Assembly: GCA_032718475.1 (NCBI GenBank)
Contig: JAUCBJ010003836.1
Coordinates: 1 to 45,386, forward strand
Source: Nemertoderma westbladi
Lineage: Eukaryota; Animalia; Xenacoelomorpha
DNA: 45,386 nt
Direction of reading: 5' to 3'
Shown here: positions 11,243-23,250 of the stretch, piece by piece
Layout of the letters: every line of letters begins with the position of its first letter
Position numbering within the stretch: the stretch's first letter is position 1
Made by a program: the position numbers and the translations under genes
Notes under the pieces: generated by a model
What the model was told of the DNA's origin: nothing
The model's input: the letters and a program-made list of their open reading frames with translations, nothing else
Database searches by the model: none

Positions 11243-12609
11243 GTTCACTAACCGTAACCACTAGTGGCCCCGGGATTGTTTTCTTTCCCCACCGTTCACT
11301 AACCGCCATTAGTGGCCCGGGATTGTTTTCTTTCCCCGCCGTTCCCTAACCGCCATTAGAGGCCCCGGGATTGTTTTCTTTCACCGCCGTTCACTAACCG
11401 CCATTAGTGGCCCCGGGATTGTTTTCTTTCCCCGCCGTTCCCTAACCGCCATTAGTGGCCCGGGATTGTTTTCTTTCCCCGCCATTCACTAACCGCCATT
11501 AGTGGCCCCGGGATTGTTTTCTTTCCCCGCCGTTCACTAACCGTAACCATTAGTGGCCCCGGGATTGTTTTATTTCCCCGCCGTTCACTAACCGCCATTA
11601 GTGGCCCCGGGATTGTTTTCTTTCCCCGCCATTCACTAACCGGAATCATTAGTGGCGCCGGGGATTGTTTTCTTTCCCCGCCGTTCACTAACCGCCATTA
11701 GTGGCCCCGGGATTGTTTTCTTTCCCCGCCGTTCACTAACCGCCATTAGTGGCCCCGGGATTGTTTTCTTTCCCCGCCGTTCACCAACCGCCATTAGTGG
11801 CCCCGGAATTGTTTTCTTTCCCCGCCGTTCACTAACCGGAATCATTAGTGGCGCCGGGGATTGTTTTCTTTCCCCGCCATTCACTAACCGGAATCATTAG
11901 TGGCGCCGGGGATTGTTTTATTTCCCCGCCGTTCACTAACCGCAATCATTAGTGGCCCCGGGGATTGTTTTCTTTCCCCGCCGTTCACTAACCGGAATCA
12001 TTAGTGGCCCCGGGGATTGTTTTATTTCCCCGCCGTTCACTAACCGGAATCATTAGTGGCCCCGGGGATTGTTTTCTTTCCCCGCCGTTCACTAACCGGA
12101 ATCATTAGTGGCGCCGGGGATTGTTTTATTTCCCCGCCGTTCACTAACCGGAATCATTAGTGGCCCCGGGGATTGTTTTATTTCCCCGCCGTTCACTAAC
12201 CGGAATCATTAGTGGCCCCGGGGATTGTTTTCTTTCCCCGCCGTTCACTAACCGGAATCATTAGTGGCGCCGGGGATTGTTTTATTTCCCCGCCGTTCAC
12301 TAACCATAATCATTAGTGGCGCCGGGGATTGTTTTATTTCCCCGCCGTTCACTAACCGTAATCATTAGTGGCGCCGGGGATTGTTTTATTTCCCCGCCGT
12401 TCACTAACCGGAATCATTAGTGGCCCCGGGGATTGTTTTCTTTCCCCGCCGTTCACTAACCGGAATCATTAGTGGCGACGGGGATTGTTTTATTTCCCCG
12501 CCGTTCACTAACCGGAATCATTAGTGGCGCCGGGGATTGTTTTATTTCCCCGCCATTCACTAACCGTAATCATTAGTGGCCCCTGGGATTGTTTTCTTTC
12601 CCCGTCGTT
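11243..12609 (-). repeat. 47-52-bp minisatellite (~27 copies) derived from Piezo exon 3' end + splice donor
   Basis: Minus-strand unit aacggcggggaaagaaaacaatccccggggccactaatgattccg|gttagtg matches the last ~45 nt of exon 12565-12725 plus the first intron bases. Confidence 0.93.
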
Positions 12610-12725
12610 TAGCTCGCCGTCGGATTTTCTGAACGCTCTGCCGAAGTTTCATCACGGACTCCATTTCAGCGTCCTGTCTAGCTTTGATCATCTTCTTACG
12701 TAACTCATTAAAGAGCATAGCCCCT
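12565..12725 (-). CDS. PIEZO: Piezo exon, beam C-terminal part
   Basis: ttttcctcacag|AGGGG...TACG|gttagt; (R)GAMLFNELRKKMIKARQDAEMESVMKLRQSVQKIRRRAK resembles SRGFALYN...EEKSLAQLKRQMERIRAKQ. Confidence 0.92.
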
Positions 12726-13027
12726 CTGTGAGGAAAAAATTAACCTAAATATTTCTATTTATCTCAATTATATCTAAATTTCCTACTAAATACATTAATT
12801 ATTCCAATTCACAATTATTGTTGTCAACGGTAAAATTTTAAAACATTTCTTAAGGCGTAGCTTGGAGGTTGATTGTGGAGGAAATCTGTTATAAGAAACA
12901 CTGTAGCGCAATAATAGCGATAGGTATCAATGGTTTGAGACACAATTTATAGCGTCTCATAAGTCCTACTAAATTAAACCCGAAAAAAGTAGTATATTAT
13001 AAGACTATAATAAAACCGTTAACTTTA

Positions 13028-16000
13028 TAAGAGTTACCTGGATGCCTGTTCAGCCTCTTCTAAGAGTTACCTGGATGCCTGTTCAGCCTCCTCTAAGAGT
13101 TACCTGGATGCCTGTTCAGCCTCCTCTAAGAGTTACCTGGATGCCTGTTCAGCCTCCTCTAAGAACTACCTGAATGCCTGTTCAGCCTCCTCTAAAGAGT
13201 TACCTGGATGCCTGTTCAGCCTCCTCTAAAGAGTTACCTGAGATGCCTGTTCAGCCTCCTCTAAGAGTTACCTGGATGCCTGTTCAGCCTCCTCTAAGAG
13301 TTACCTGGATGCCTGTTCAGCCTCCTCTAAGAGTTACCTGGATGCCTGTTCAGCCTCCTCTAAGAGTTACCTGGATGCCTGTTCAGCCTCCTCTAAGAGT
13401 TACCTGGATGCCTGTTCAGCCTCCTCTAAGAGTTACCTGGATGCCTGTTCAGCCTCCTCTAAGAGTTACCTGGATGCCTGTTCAGCCTCCTCTAAGAGTT
13501 ACCTGGATGCCTGTTCAGCCTCCTCTAAGAGTTACCTGGATGCCTGTTCAGCCTCCTCTAAGAGTTACCTGGATGCCTGTTCAGCCTCCTCTAAGAGTTA
13601 CCTGGATGCCTGTTCAGCCTCCTCTAAGAGTTACCTGGATGCCTGTTCAGCCTCCTCTAAGAGTTACCTGGATGCCTGTTCAGCCTCCTCTAAGAGTTAC
13701 CTGGATGCCTGTTCAGCCTCCTCTAAGAGTTACCTGGATGCCTGTTCAGCCTCCTCTAAGAGTTACCTGGATGCCTGTTCAGCCTCCTCTAAGAGTTACC
13801 TGGATGCCTGTTCAGCCTCCTCTAAGAGTTACCTGGATGCCTGTTCAGCCTCCTCTAAGAGTTACCTGGATGCCTGTTCAGCCTCCTCTAAGAGTTACCT
13901 GGATGCCTGTTCAGCCTCCTCTAAGAGTTACCTGGATGCCTGTTCAGCCTCCTCTAAGAGTTACCTGGATGCCTGTTCAGCCTCCTCTAAGAACTACCTG
14001 AATGCCTGTTCAGCTTCCTCTAAGAGTTACCTGGATGCCTGTTCAGCCTCCTCTAAGAGTTACCTGGATGCCTGTTCAGCCTCCTCTAAGAGTTACCTGG
14101 ATGCCTGTTCAGCCTCCTCTAAGAGTTACCTGGATGCCTGTTCAGCCTCCTCTAAGAGTTACCTGGATGCCTGTTCAGCCTCCTCTAAGAGTTACCTGGA
14201 TGCCTGTCCAGCCTCCTCTAAGAGTTATCTGGATGCCTATTCAGCCTCCTCTAAGAGTTACCTGGATGCCTGTTCAGCCTCCTCTAAGAGTTACCTGGAT
14301 GCCTGTTCAGCCTCCTCTAAGAGTTACCTGGATGCCTGTTCAGCCTCCTCTAAGAGTTACCTGGATGCCTGTCCAGCCTCCTCTAAGAGTTATCTGGATG
14401 CCTGTTCAGCCTCCTCTAAGAGTTACCTGGATGCCTGTTCAGCCTCCTCTAAGAGTTACCTGGATGCCTGTTCAGCCTCCTCTAAGAGTTACCTGGATGC
14501 CTGTTCAGCCTCCTCTAAGAACTACCTGAATGCCTGTTCAGCTTCCTCTAAGAGTTACCTGGATGCCTGTTCAGCCTCCTCTAAGAGTTACCTGGATGCC
14601 TGTTCAGCCTCCTCTAAGAGTTACCTGGATGCCTGTTCAGCCTCCTCTAAGAGTTACCTGGATGCCTGTTCAGCCTCCTCTAAGAGTTACCTGGATGCCT
14701 GTTCAGCCTCCTCTAAGAGTTACCTGGATGCCTGTTCAGCCTCCTCTAAGAGTTACCTGGATGCCTGTTCAGCCTCCTCTAAGAGTTACCTGGATGCCTG
14801 TTCAGCCTCCTCTAAGAGTTACCTGGATGCCTGTTCAGCCTCCTCTAAGAGTTACCTGGATGCCTGTTCAGCCTCCTCTAAGAGTTACCTGGATGCCTGT
14901 TCAGCCTCCTCTAAGAGTTACCTGGATGCCTGTTCAGCCTCCTCTAAGAGTTACCTGGATGCCTGTTCAGCCTCCTCTAAGAGTTACCTGGATGCCTGTT
15001 CAGCCTCCTCTAAGAGTTACCTGGATGCCTGTCCAGCCTCCTCTAAGAGTTATCTGGATGCCTGTTCAGCCTCCTCTAAGAGTTACCTGGATGCCTGTTC
15101 AGCCTCCTCTAAGAGTTACCTGGATGCCTGTTCAGCCTCCTCTAAGAGTTACCTGGATGCCTGTTCAGCCTCCTCTAAGAGTTACCTGGATGCCTGTCCA
15201 GCCTCCTCTAAGAGTTACCTGGATGCCTGTTCAGCCTCCTCTAAGAGTTACCTGGATGCCTGTTCAGCCTCCTCTAAGAGTTACCTGGATGCCTGTTCAG
15301 CCTCCTCTAAGAGTTACCTGGATGCCTGTTCAGCCTCCTCTAAGAGCTACCTGGATGCCTGTTCAGCCTCCTCTAAGAGTTACCTGGATGCCTGTTCAGC
15401 CTCCTCTAAGAGTTACCTGGATGCCTGTTCAGCTTCCTCTAAGAGTTACCTGGATGCCTGTTCAGCCTCCTCTAAGAGTTACCTGGATGCCTGTTCAGCC
15501 TCCTCTAAGAGTTACCTGGATGCCTGTTCAGCCTCCTCTAAGAGTTACCTGGATGCCTGTTCAGCCTCCTCTAAGAGTTACCTGGATGCCTGTTCAGCCT
15601 CCTCTAAGAGTTACCTGGATGCCTGTTCAGCCTCCTCTAAGAGTTACCTGGATGCCTGTTCAGCCTCCTCTAAGAGTTACCTGGATGCCTGTTCAGCCTC
15701 CTCTAAGAGTTACCTGGATGCCTGTTCAGCCTCCTCTAAGAGTTACCTGGATGCCTGTTCAGCCTCCTCTAAGAGTTACCTGGATGCCTGTTCAGCCTCC
15801 TCTAAGAGTTACCTGGATGCCTGTTCAGCCTCCTCTAAGAGTTACCTGGATGCCTGTTCAGCCTCCTCTAAGAGTTACCTGGATGCCTGTTCAGCCTCCT
15901 CTAAGAGTTACCTGGATGCCTGTTCAGCCTCCTCTAAGAGTTACCTGGATGCCTGTTCAGCCTCCTCTAAGAGTTACCTGAATGCCTGTTCAGCTTCCTC

Positions 16001-19000
16001 TAAGAGTTACCTGGATGCCTGTTCAGCCTCCTCTAAGAGTTACCTGGATGCCTGTTCAGCCTCCTCTAAGAGTTACCTGGATGCCTGTTCAGCCTCCTCT
16101 AAGAGTTACCTGGATGCCTGTTCAGCCTCCTCTAAGAGTTACCTGGATGCCTGTTCAGCCTCCTCTAAGAGTTACCTGGATGCCTGTTCAGCCTCCTCTA
16201 AGAGTTACCTGGATGCCTGTTCAGCCTCCTCTAAGAGTTACCTGGATGCCTGTTCAGCCTCCTCTAAGAGTTACCTGGATGCCTGTTCAGCCTCCTCTAA
16301 GAGTTACCTGGATGCCTGTTCAGCCTCCTCTAAGAGTTACCTGGATGCCTGTTCAGCCTCCTCTAAGAGTTACCTGGATGCCTGTTCAGCCTCCTCTAAG
16401 AGTTACCTGGATGCCTGTTCAGCCTCCTCTAAGAGTTACCTGGATGCCTGTTCAGCCTCCTCTAAGAGTTACCTGGATGCCTGTTCAGCCTCCTCTAAGA
16501 GTTACCTGGATGCCTGTTCAGCCTCCTCTAAGAGTTACCTGGATGCCTGTTCAGCCTCCTCTAAGAGTTACCTGGATGCCTGTTCAGTCAGCCTCCTCTA
16601 AGAGTTACCTGGATGCCTGTTCAGCCTCCTCTAAGAGTTACCTGGATGCCTGTTCAGCCTCCTCTAAGAGTTACCTGGATGCCTGTTCAGCCTCCTCTAA
16701 GAGTTACCTGGATGCCTGTTCAGCCTCCTCTAAGAGTTACCTGGATGCCTGTTCAGCCTCCTCTAAGAGTTACCTGGATGCCTGTTCAGCCTCCTCTAAG
16801 AGTTACCTGGATGCCTGTTCAGCCTCCTCTAAGAGTTACCTGGATGCCTGTTCAACCTCCTCTAAGAGTTACCTGGATGCCTGTTCAGCCTCCTCTAAGA
16901 GTTACCTGGATGCCTGTTCAGCCTCCTCTAAGAGTTACCTGGATGCCTGTTCAGCCTCCTCTAAGAGTTACCTGGATGCCTGTTCAGCCTCCTCTAAGAG
17001 TTACCTGGATGCCTGTTCAGCCTCCTCTAAGAGTTACCTGGATGCCTGTTCAGCCTCCTCTAAGAGTTACCTGGATGCCTGTTCAGCCTCCTCTAAGAGT
17101 TACCTGGATGCCTGTTCAGCCTCCTCTAAGAGTTACCTGGATGCCTGTTCAGCCTCCTCTAAGAGTTACCTGGATGCCTGTTCAGCCTCCTCTAAGAGTT
17201 ACCTGGATGCCTGTTCAGCCTCCTCTAAGAGTTACCTGGATGCCTGTTCAGCCTCCTCTAAGAGTTACCTGGATGCCTGTTCAGCCTCCTCTAAGAGTTA
17301 CCTGGATGCCTGTTCAGCCTCCTCTAAGAGTTACCTGGATGCCTGTTCAGCCTCCTCTAAGAGTTACCTGGATGCCTGTTCAGCCTCCTCTAAGAGTTAC
17401 CTGGATGCCTGTTCAGCCTCCTCTAAGACTTACCTGGATGCCTGTTCAGCCTCCTCTAAGAGTTACCTGGATGCCTGTTCAGCCTCCTCTAAGAGTTACC
17501 TGGATGCCTGTTCAGCCTCCTCTAAGAACTACCTGAATGCCTGTTCAGCTTCCTCTAAGAGTTACCTGGATGCCTGTTCAGCCTCCTCTAAGAGTTACCT
17601 GGATGCCTGTTCAGCCTCCTCTAAGAGTTACCTGGATGCCTGTTCAGCCTCCTCTAAGAGTTACCTGGATGCCTGTTCAGCCTCCTCTAAGAGTTACCTG
17701 GATGCCTGTTCAGCCTCCTCTAAGAGTTACCTGGATGCCTGTTCAGCCTCCTCTAAGAGTTACCTGGATGCATGTTCAGCCTCCTGTAAAAGTTACCTGG
17801 ATGCCTGTTCAGCCTCCTCTAAGAGTTACTTGGATGCCTGTTCAGCCTCCTCTAAGAGTTACTTGGATGCCTTTTCAGCCTCCTCTAAGAGTTACCTGGA
17901 AGCCTGTCCAGCCTCCTCTAAGAGTTACCTGGATGCCTGTTCAGCCTCCTCTAAGAGTTACCTGGATGCCTGTTCAGCCTCCTCTAAGAGTTACCTGGAT
18001 GCCTGTTCAGCTTCCTTTACGAGTTACCTGGATGCCTGTTCAGCCTCCTCTAAGAGTTACCTGGATGCCTGTTCAGCTTCCTCCAAGAGTTACCTGGATG
18101 CCTGTTCAGTTCAGCCTCCTCTAAGAGTTACCTGGATGCCTGTTCAGTTCAGCCTCCTCTAAGAGTTACCTGTATGCCTGTTCAGCCTCCTCTAAGAGTT
18201 ACCTGGATACCTGTTCAGCCTCCTCTAAGAGTTACCTGGATACCTGTTCAGCCTCCTGTAAGAGTTACCTGGATACCTGTACAGCCTCCTCTAAGAGTTA
18301 CCTGGATGCCTGTTCAGCCTCCTCCAAGAGTTACCTGGATGCCTGTTCAGCCTCCTCTAAGAGTTACCTGGATGCCTGTTCAGCTTCCTCTAAGAGTTAC
18401 CTGGATGCCTGTAAGCCTCCTCTAAGAGTTACCTGGATGCCTGTTCAGCTTCCTCTAAGAGTTACCTGGATGCCTGTTCAGCCTCCTCTAAGAGTTACCT
18501 GGATGCCTGTTCAGCCTCCTCTAAGAGTTACCTGGATGCCTGTTCAGCCTCCTCTAAGAACTACATGAATGCCTGTTCAGCTTCCTCTAAGAGTTACCTG
18601 GATGCCTGTTCAGCCTCCTCTAAGAGTTACCTGGATGCCTGTTCAGCCTCCTCTAATAGTTACCTGGATGCCTGTTCAGCCTCCTCTAAGAGTTACCTGG
18701 ATGCCTGTTCAACCTCCTCTAAGAGTTGCCTGGATGCCTGTTCAGCCTCCTGTAAGAGTTACCTGGGTGCCTGTTCAGCCTCCACTAAGAGTTACCTGGA
18801 TGCCTGTTCAACCTCCTCTAAGAGTTACTTGGATGCCTGTTCAGCCTCCTCTAAGAGTTACCTGGGTGCCTGTTCAGCCTCCTCTAAGAGTTACCTGGGT
18901 GCCTGTTCAGCCTCCTCTAAGAGTTACCTGGATGCCTGTTCAGCCTCCTCTAAGAGTTATCTGGATGCCTGTTCAGCCTCCTCTAAGAGTTACCTGGATG

Positions 19001-21624
19001 CCTGTTCAACCTCCTCTAAGAGTTACTTGGATGCCTGTTCAGCCTCCTCTAAGAGTTACCTGGGTGCCTGTTCAGCCTCCTTTAAGAGTTACCTGGATGC
19101 CTGTTCAGCCTCCTCTAAGAGTTACCTGGATGCCTGTTCAGCCTCCTCTAAGAGTTACCTGGATGCCTGTTCAACCTCCTCTAAGAGTTACTTGGATGCC
19201 TGTTCAGCCTCCTCTAAGAGTTACCTGGGTGCCTGTTCAGCCTCCTCTAAGAGATACCTGGATGCCTGTTCAACCTCCTCTAAGAGTTACCTGGATGCCT
19301 GTTCAGCCTCCTCTAAGAGTTACCTGGATGCCTGTTCAACCTCCTCTAAGAGTTACCTGGATGCCTGTTCAACCTCCTCTAAGAGTTACCTGGATGCCTG
19401 TTCAGCCTCCTCTAAGAGTTACCTGGATGCCTGTTCAACCTCCTCTAAGAGTTACCTGGATGCCTGTTCAGCCTCCTCTAAGAGTTACCTGGATGCCTGT
19501 TCAGCCTCCTCTAAGAGTTACCTGGGTGCCTGTTCAGCCTCCTCTAAGAGTTACCTGGGTGCCTGTTCAGCCTCCTCTAAGAGTTACCTGGATGCCTGTT
19601 CAGCCTCCTCTAAGAGTTATCTGGATGCCTGTTCAGCCTCCTCTAAGAGTTACCTGGATGCCTGTTCAGCCTCCTCTAAGAGTTACCTGGATGCCTGTTC
19701 AGCCTCCTCTAAGAGTTACCTGGATGCCTGTTCAACCTCCTCTAAGAGTTACTTGGATGCCTGTTCAGCCTCCTCTAAGAGTTACCTGGGTGCCTGTTCA
19801 GCCTCCTTTAAGAGTTACCTGGATGCCTGTTCAGCCTCCTCTAAGAGTTACCTGGATGCCTGTTCAACCTCCTCTAAGAGTTACTTGGATGCCTGTTCAG
19901 CCTCCTCTAAGAGTTACCTGAATGCCTGTTCAGCTTCCTCTAAGAGTTACCTGGATGCCTGTTCAGCCTCCTCTAAGAGTTACCTGGATGCCTGTTCAAC
20001 CTCCTCTAAGAGTTACTTGGATGCCTGTTCAGCCTCCTCTAAGAGTTACCTGGGTGCCTGTTCAGCCTCCTTTAAGAGTTACCTGGATGCCTGTTCAGCC
20101 TCCTCTAAGAGTTACCTGAATGCCTGTTCAGCCTCCTCTAAGAGTTACCTGGGTGCCTGTTCAGCCTCCTTTAAGAGTTACCTGGATGCCTGTTCAGCCT
20201 CCTCTAAGAGTTACCTGAATGCCTGTTCAGCTTCCTCTAAGAGTTACCTGGATGCCTGTTCAGCCTCCTCTAAGAGTTACCTGGGTGCCTGTTCAGCCTC
20301 CTTTAAGAGTTACCTGGATGCCTGTTCAGCCTCCTCTAAGAGTTACCTGAATGCCTGTTCAGCTTCCTCTAAGAGTTACCTGGATGCCTGTTCAGCCTCC
20401 TCTAAGAGTTACCTGGATGCCTGTTCAACCTCCTCTAAGAGTTACTTGGATGCCTGTTCAGCCTCCTCTAAGAGTTACCTGGATGCCTGTTCAACCTCCT
20501 CTAAGAGTTACCTGGATGCCTGTTCAGCCTCCTCTAAGAGTTACCTGGATGCCTGTTCAACCTCCTCTAAGAGTTACCTGGATGCCTGTTCAGCCTCCTC
20601 TAAGAGTTACTTGGATGCCTGTTCAGCCTCCTCTAAGAGTTACCTGGATGCCTGTTCAATCTCCTCTAAGAGTTACCTGGATGCCTGTTCAACCTCCTCT
20701 AAGAGTTACTTGGATGCCTGTTCAGCCTCCTCTAAGAGTTACCTGGGTGCCTGTTCAGCCTCCTTTAAGAGTTACCTTGATGCCTGTTCAGCCTCCTCTA
20801 AGAGTTACCTGGATGCCTGTTCAACCTCCTCTAAGAGTTACTTGGATGCCTGTTCAGCCTCCTCTAAGAGTTACCTGGGTGCCTGTTCAGCCTCCTTTAA
20901 GAGTTACCTGGATGCCTGTTCAGCCTCCTCTAAGAGTTACCTGGATGCCTGTTCAACCTCCTCTAAGAGTTACTTGGATGCCTGTTCAGCCTCCTCTAAG
21001 AGTTACCTGGATGCCTGTTCAACCTCCTCTAAGAGTTACCTGGATGCCTGTTCAGCCTCCTCTAAGAGTTACCTGGATGCCTGTTCAACCTCCTCTAAGA
21101 GTTACCTGGATGCCTGTTCAGCCTCCTCTAAGAGTTACTTGGATGCCTGTTCAGCCTCCTCTAAGAGTTACCTGGATGCCTGTTCAATCTCCTCTAAGAG
21201 TTACCTGGATGCCTGTTCAGCCTCCTCTACGAGTTACCTGGATGCCTGTTCAGCCTCCTCTAAGAGTTAACTGGATGCCTGTTCAGCCTCCTCTAAGAGT
21301 TACCTGGATGCCTGTTCAGCCTCCTCTAAGAGTTACCTGGATGCCTGTTCAGCCTCCTCTAAAGAGTTACCTGGATGCCTGTTCAGCCTCCTCTAAAGAG
21401 TTACCTAGATGCCTGTTCAGCCTCCTCTAAGAGTTACCTGGATGCCTGTTCAGCCTCCTCTAAGAGTTACCCGGGTGCCTGTTCAGCCTCCTCTAAGAGT
21501 TACCTGGATGCCTGTTCAACCTCCTCTAAGATTACCTGGATGCCTGTTCAGCCTCCTGTAAGAGTTACCTGGATGCCTGTTCAGCCTCCTCTAAGAGTTA
21601 CCTGGATGCCTGTTCAGCCTCCTC
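13028..21624 (-). repeat. 33-bp satellite (~260 copies, 8.6 kb) derived from Piezo exon 3' end + splice donor
   Basis: Plus unit taagagttacctggatgcctgttcagcctcctc equals minus GAGGAGGCTGAACAGGCATCCAG|gtaactctta, i.e. the last 23 nt of exon 21602-21764 plus 10 intron nt. Confidence 0.97.
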
Positions 21625-21764
21625 CTGCAGACTAATGACAATGTATTGGAAGTAATTCGTGTCGAATATTCTTCTTTGCATTAAAATTAGAGTAAAACAA
21701 ATCCCGTCCCACGTTAATTCGGCGTCACTAGTCGGAACTTCGCAAAATGATCCCTCGGCAATCT
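21602..21764 (-). CDS. PIEZO: Piezo exon, last blade TM and start of beam
   Basis: aatttccag|AGATTG...CATCCAG|gtaact; EIAEGSFCEVPTSDAELTWDGICFTLILMQRRIFDTNYFQYIVISLQEEAEQAS(R). Confidence 0.95.
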
Positions 21765-21919
21765 CTGGAAATTAAATAACATTAAATTAAACAGCCAGTT
21801 TAACGTAAAACATAATAAATTCTTACTTGGTTCACATCCGTTAATTCTCAAACACTATAGAACACAGTATGCCAATAAATAATTGCCTCATTTAAGAAAC
21901 TTGACAAAAATAACTCATT

Positions 21920-23250
21920 GAATCGAGAGTACACGTTTATTACCAAAACATTTTGGTTTTCGTGGTAAAATTAATTAATTATTTATTTAGTAACAGCACA
22001 ATTTTTTAAAATTAATAATATTCTAGTAACTTAATTTATAAAACAATAATGAGTTAAAAATCATGTAGGTTGATGTTCATAGTTCATTAAAAACAGGGCA
22101 GCCTTCAGCTTCGACAATCCACGAGGAAATGAGGTGCAATTAATGTAATGGGTGGCTTCTGTTGCTTGGCAACTGCATAAACAGCAAATGCATGAATCGA
22201 TAGGTGACCAGCTGTTCGGTGTGGAACATAGCTTATGGTGGCAACCGTTTGACACTAGCTGTGCCATTGATCGCCGCCGATAGCCTGTTAAACCCGCTAA
22301 GTTAGTGTCAGAGCTCGAAGCGTTGTCAATTGATTCTAGAATAGGGGTGGACCGGGCATATTTCGAGATTCCGCACCACATTTTCCAGTAAAAGGCACGT
22401 ACTTTACGTATATGTTCCAAAGAGTTAATATTATCTTTTGTGGTGAATATATCACAACCATATGTTACTGTCGGAAGGACAATAGCTATGTATAATTTCC
22501 TAGCGGTTTCCATGTTAGTCATTGGTAGGTTAACTTTGGTGGCGATTCGAGCACAACATGCTATACCTTTCTTATATAAGTGTGTGTAGTGTTTGCTGGC
22601 GCCGTTCTTTGTGGATAGTACCACTCCTAGATATTCGAAACTATCACAAAATTCTATACTTTGTCCCATATATGTCAATATATCTGATCTTGCCGGGTGT
22701 CCACCTCTCCTGAATTTTACGGCTTTTGTTTTCGACAAATTGACTGTCAGATTGTTTACCCTGCAGTATTCAGCAAGTTTATCCAGTGATTCTTGTACAT
22801 CAGCTATTGTTTGTCCAGCGATTACAAGGTCGTCCGCATACATCCATATCCAACATGCTGCTATAGCGATCGCAGCAGGGAGATCGTGTACAAATAGTGC
22901 AAATAATAAAGGTGAGAGTTTGTCGCCTTGAACTACCCCGATTGTTTGCGCAATCGGATCTAATACGTAATTGCCGATGCAGATACATACAAAATTAATT
23001 GCTAGAATGGACCATAGTACTTCTATAAACTTTTTGCTTACACCGCAGGATGAAAGCTTGGTGCATAGTAGCTCCCTGTTCACAGAATCGAAGGCCTTAG
23101 TGAAATCGATGAAAACACAATATAAGTGGCCTCCTGGCAATGAAATAGAGGATGAAATCCGATTGAATAACTGACGGACCGCCATGAGAGTTGACCTGCC
23201 CCGTCTGAATCCATACTGTTCGTCTGGGAAAGCACCCACAGATAACTCAT
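21920..23250 (-). mobile_element. 5'-truncated non-LTR retrotransposon (RT + C-terminal CCHC; clade uncertain, RTE-X/CR1-like)
   Basis: ORF 22061-23239 has QYGFRRGRST, FIDFTKAFDSV, GVVQGDKLSPLLF, YADD, FEYLGV, CxxC...H...C. AATAAA near the 3' end; 15-bp TSD caaaaataactcatt at 21905-21919 and 23251-23265. Confidence 0.92.

Noticed and set aside
11452-11900. Repeat ORFs (VSERRGKKTIPGPLMA)n as an exon extension
   Set aside because: An in-frame TAG follows the true donor immediately, and the proximal 52-bp units shift frame.
11243-21624. CRISPR array
   Set aside because: Units are head-to-tail with no unique spacers, there are no cas genes, and the context is a spliceosomal eukaryotic gene.
13174-21635. 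Long plus-strand ORFs (MPVQPPLRVTW)n and (SSKSYLDACSA)n as a repetitive protein
   Set aside because: They arise because a 33-bp unit lacks stops in two frames. The unit is explained as antisense Piezo exon/donor sequence, and indels switch frames freely.
21827-21854. Micro-exon-like stretch with a gtaaga donor
   Set aside because: 28 nt, out of phase, and it introduces a stop in the Piezo frame.
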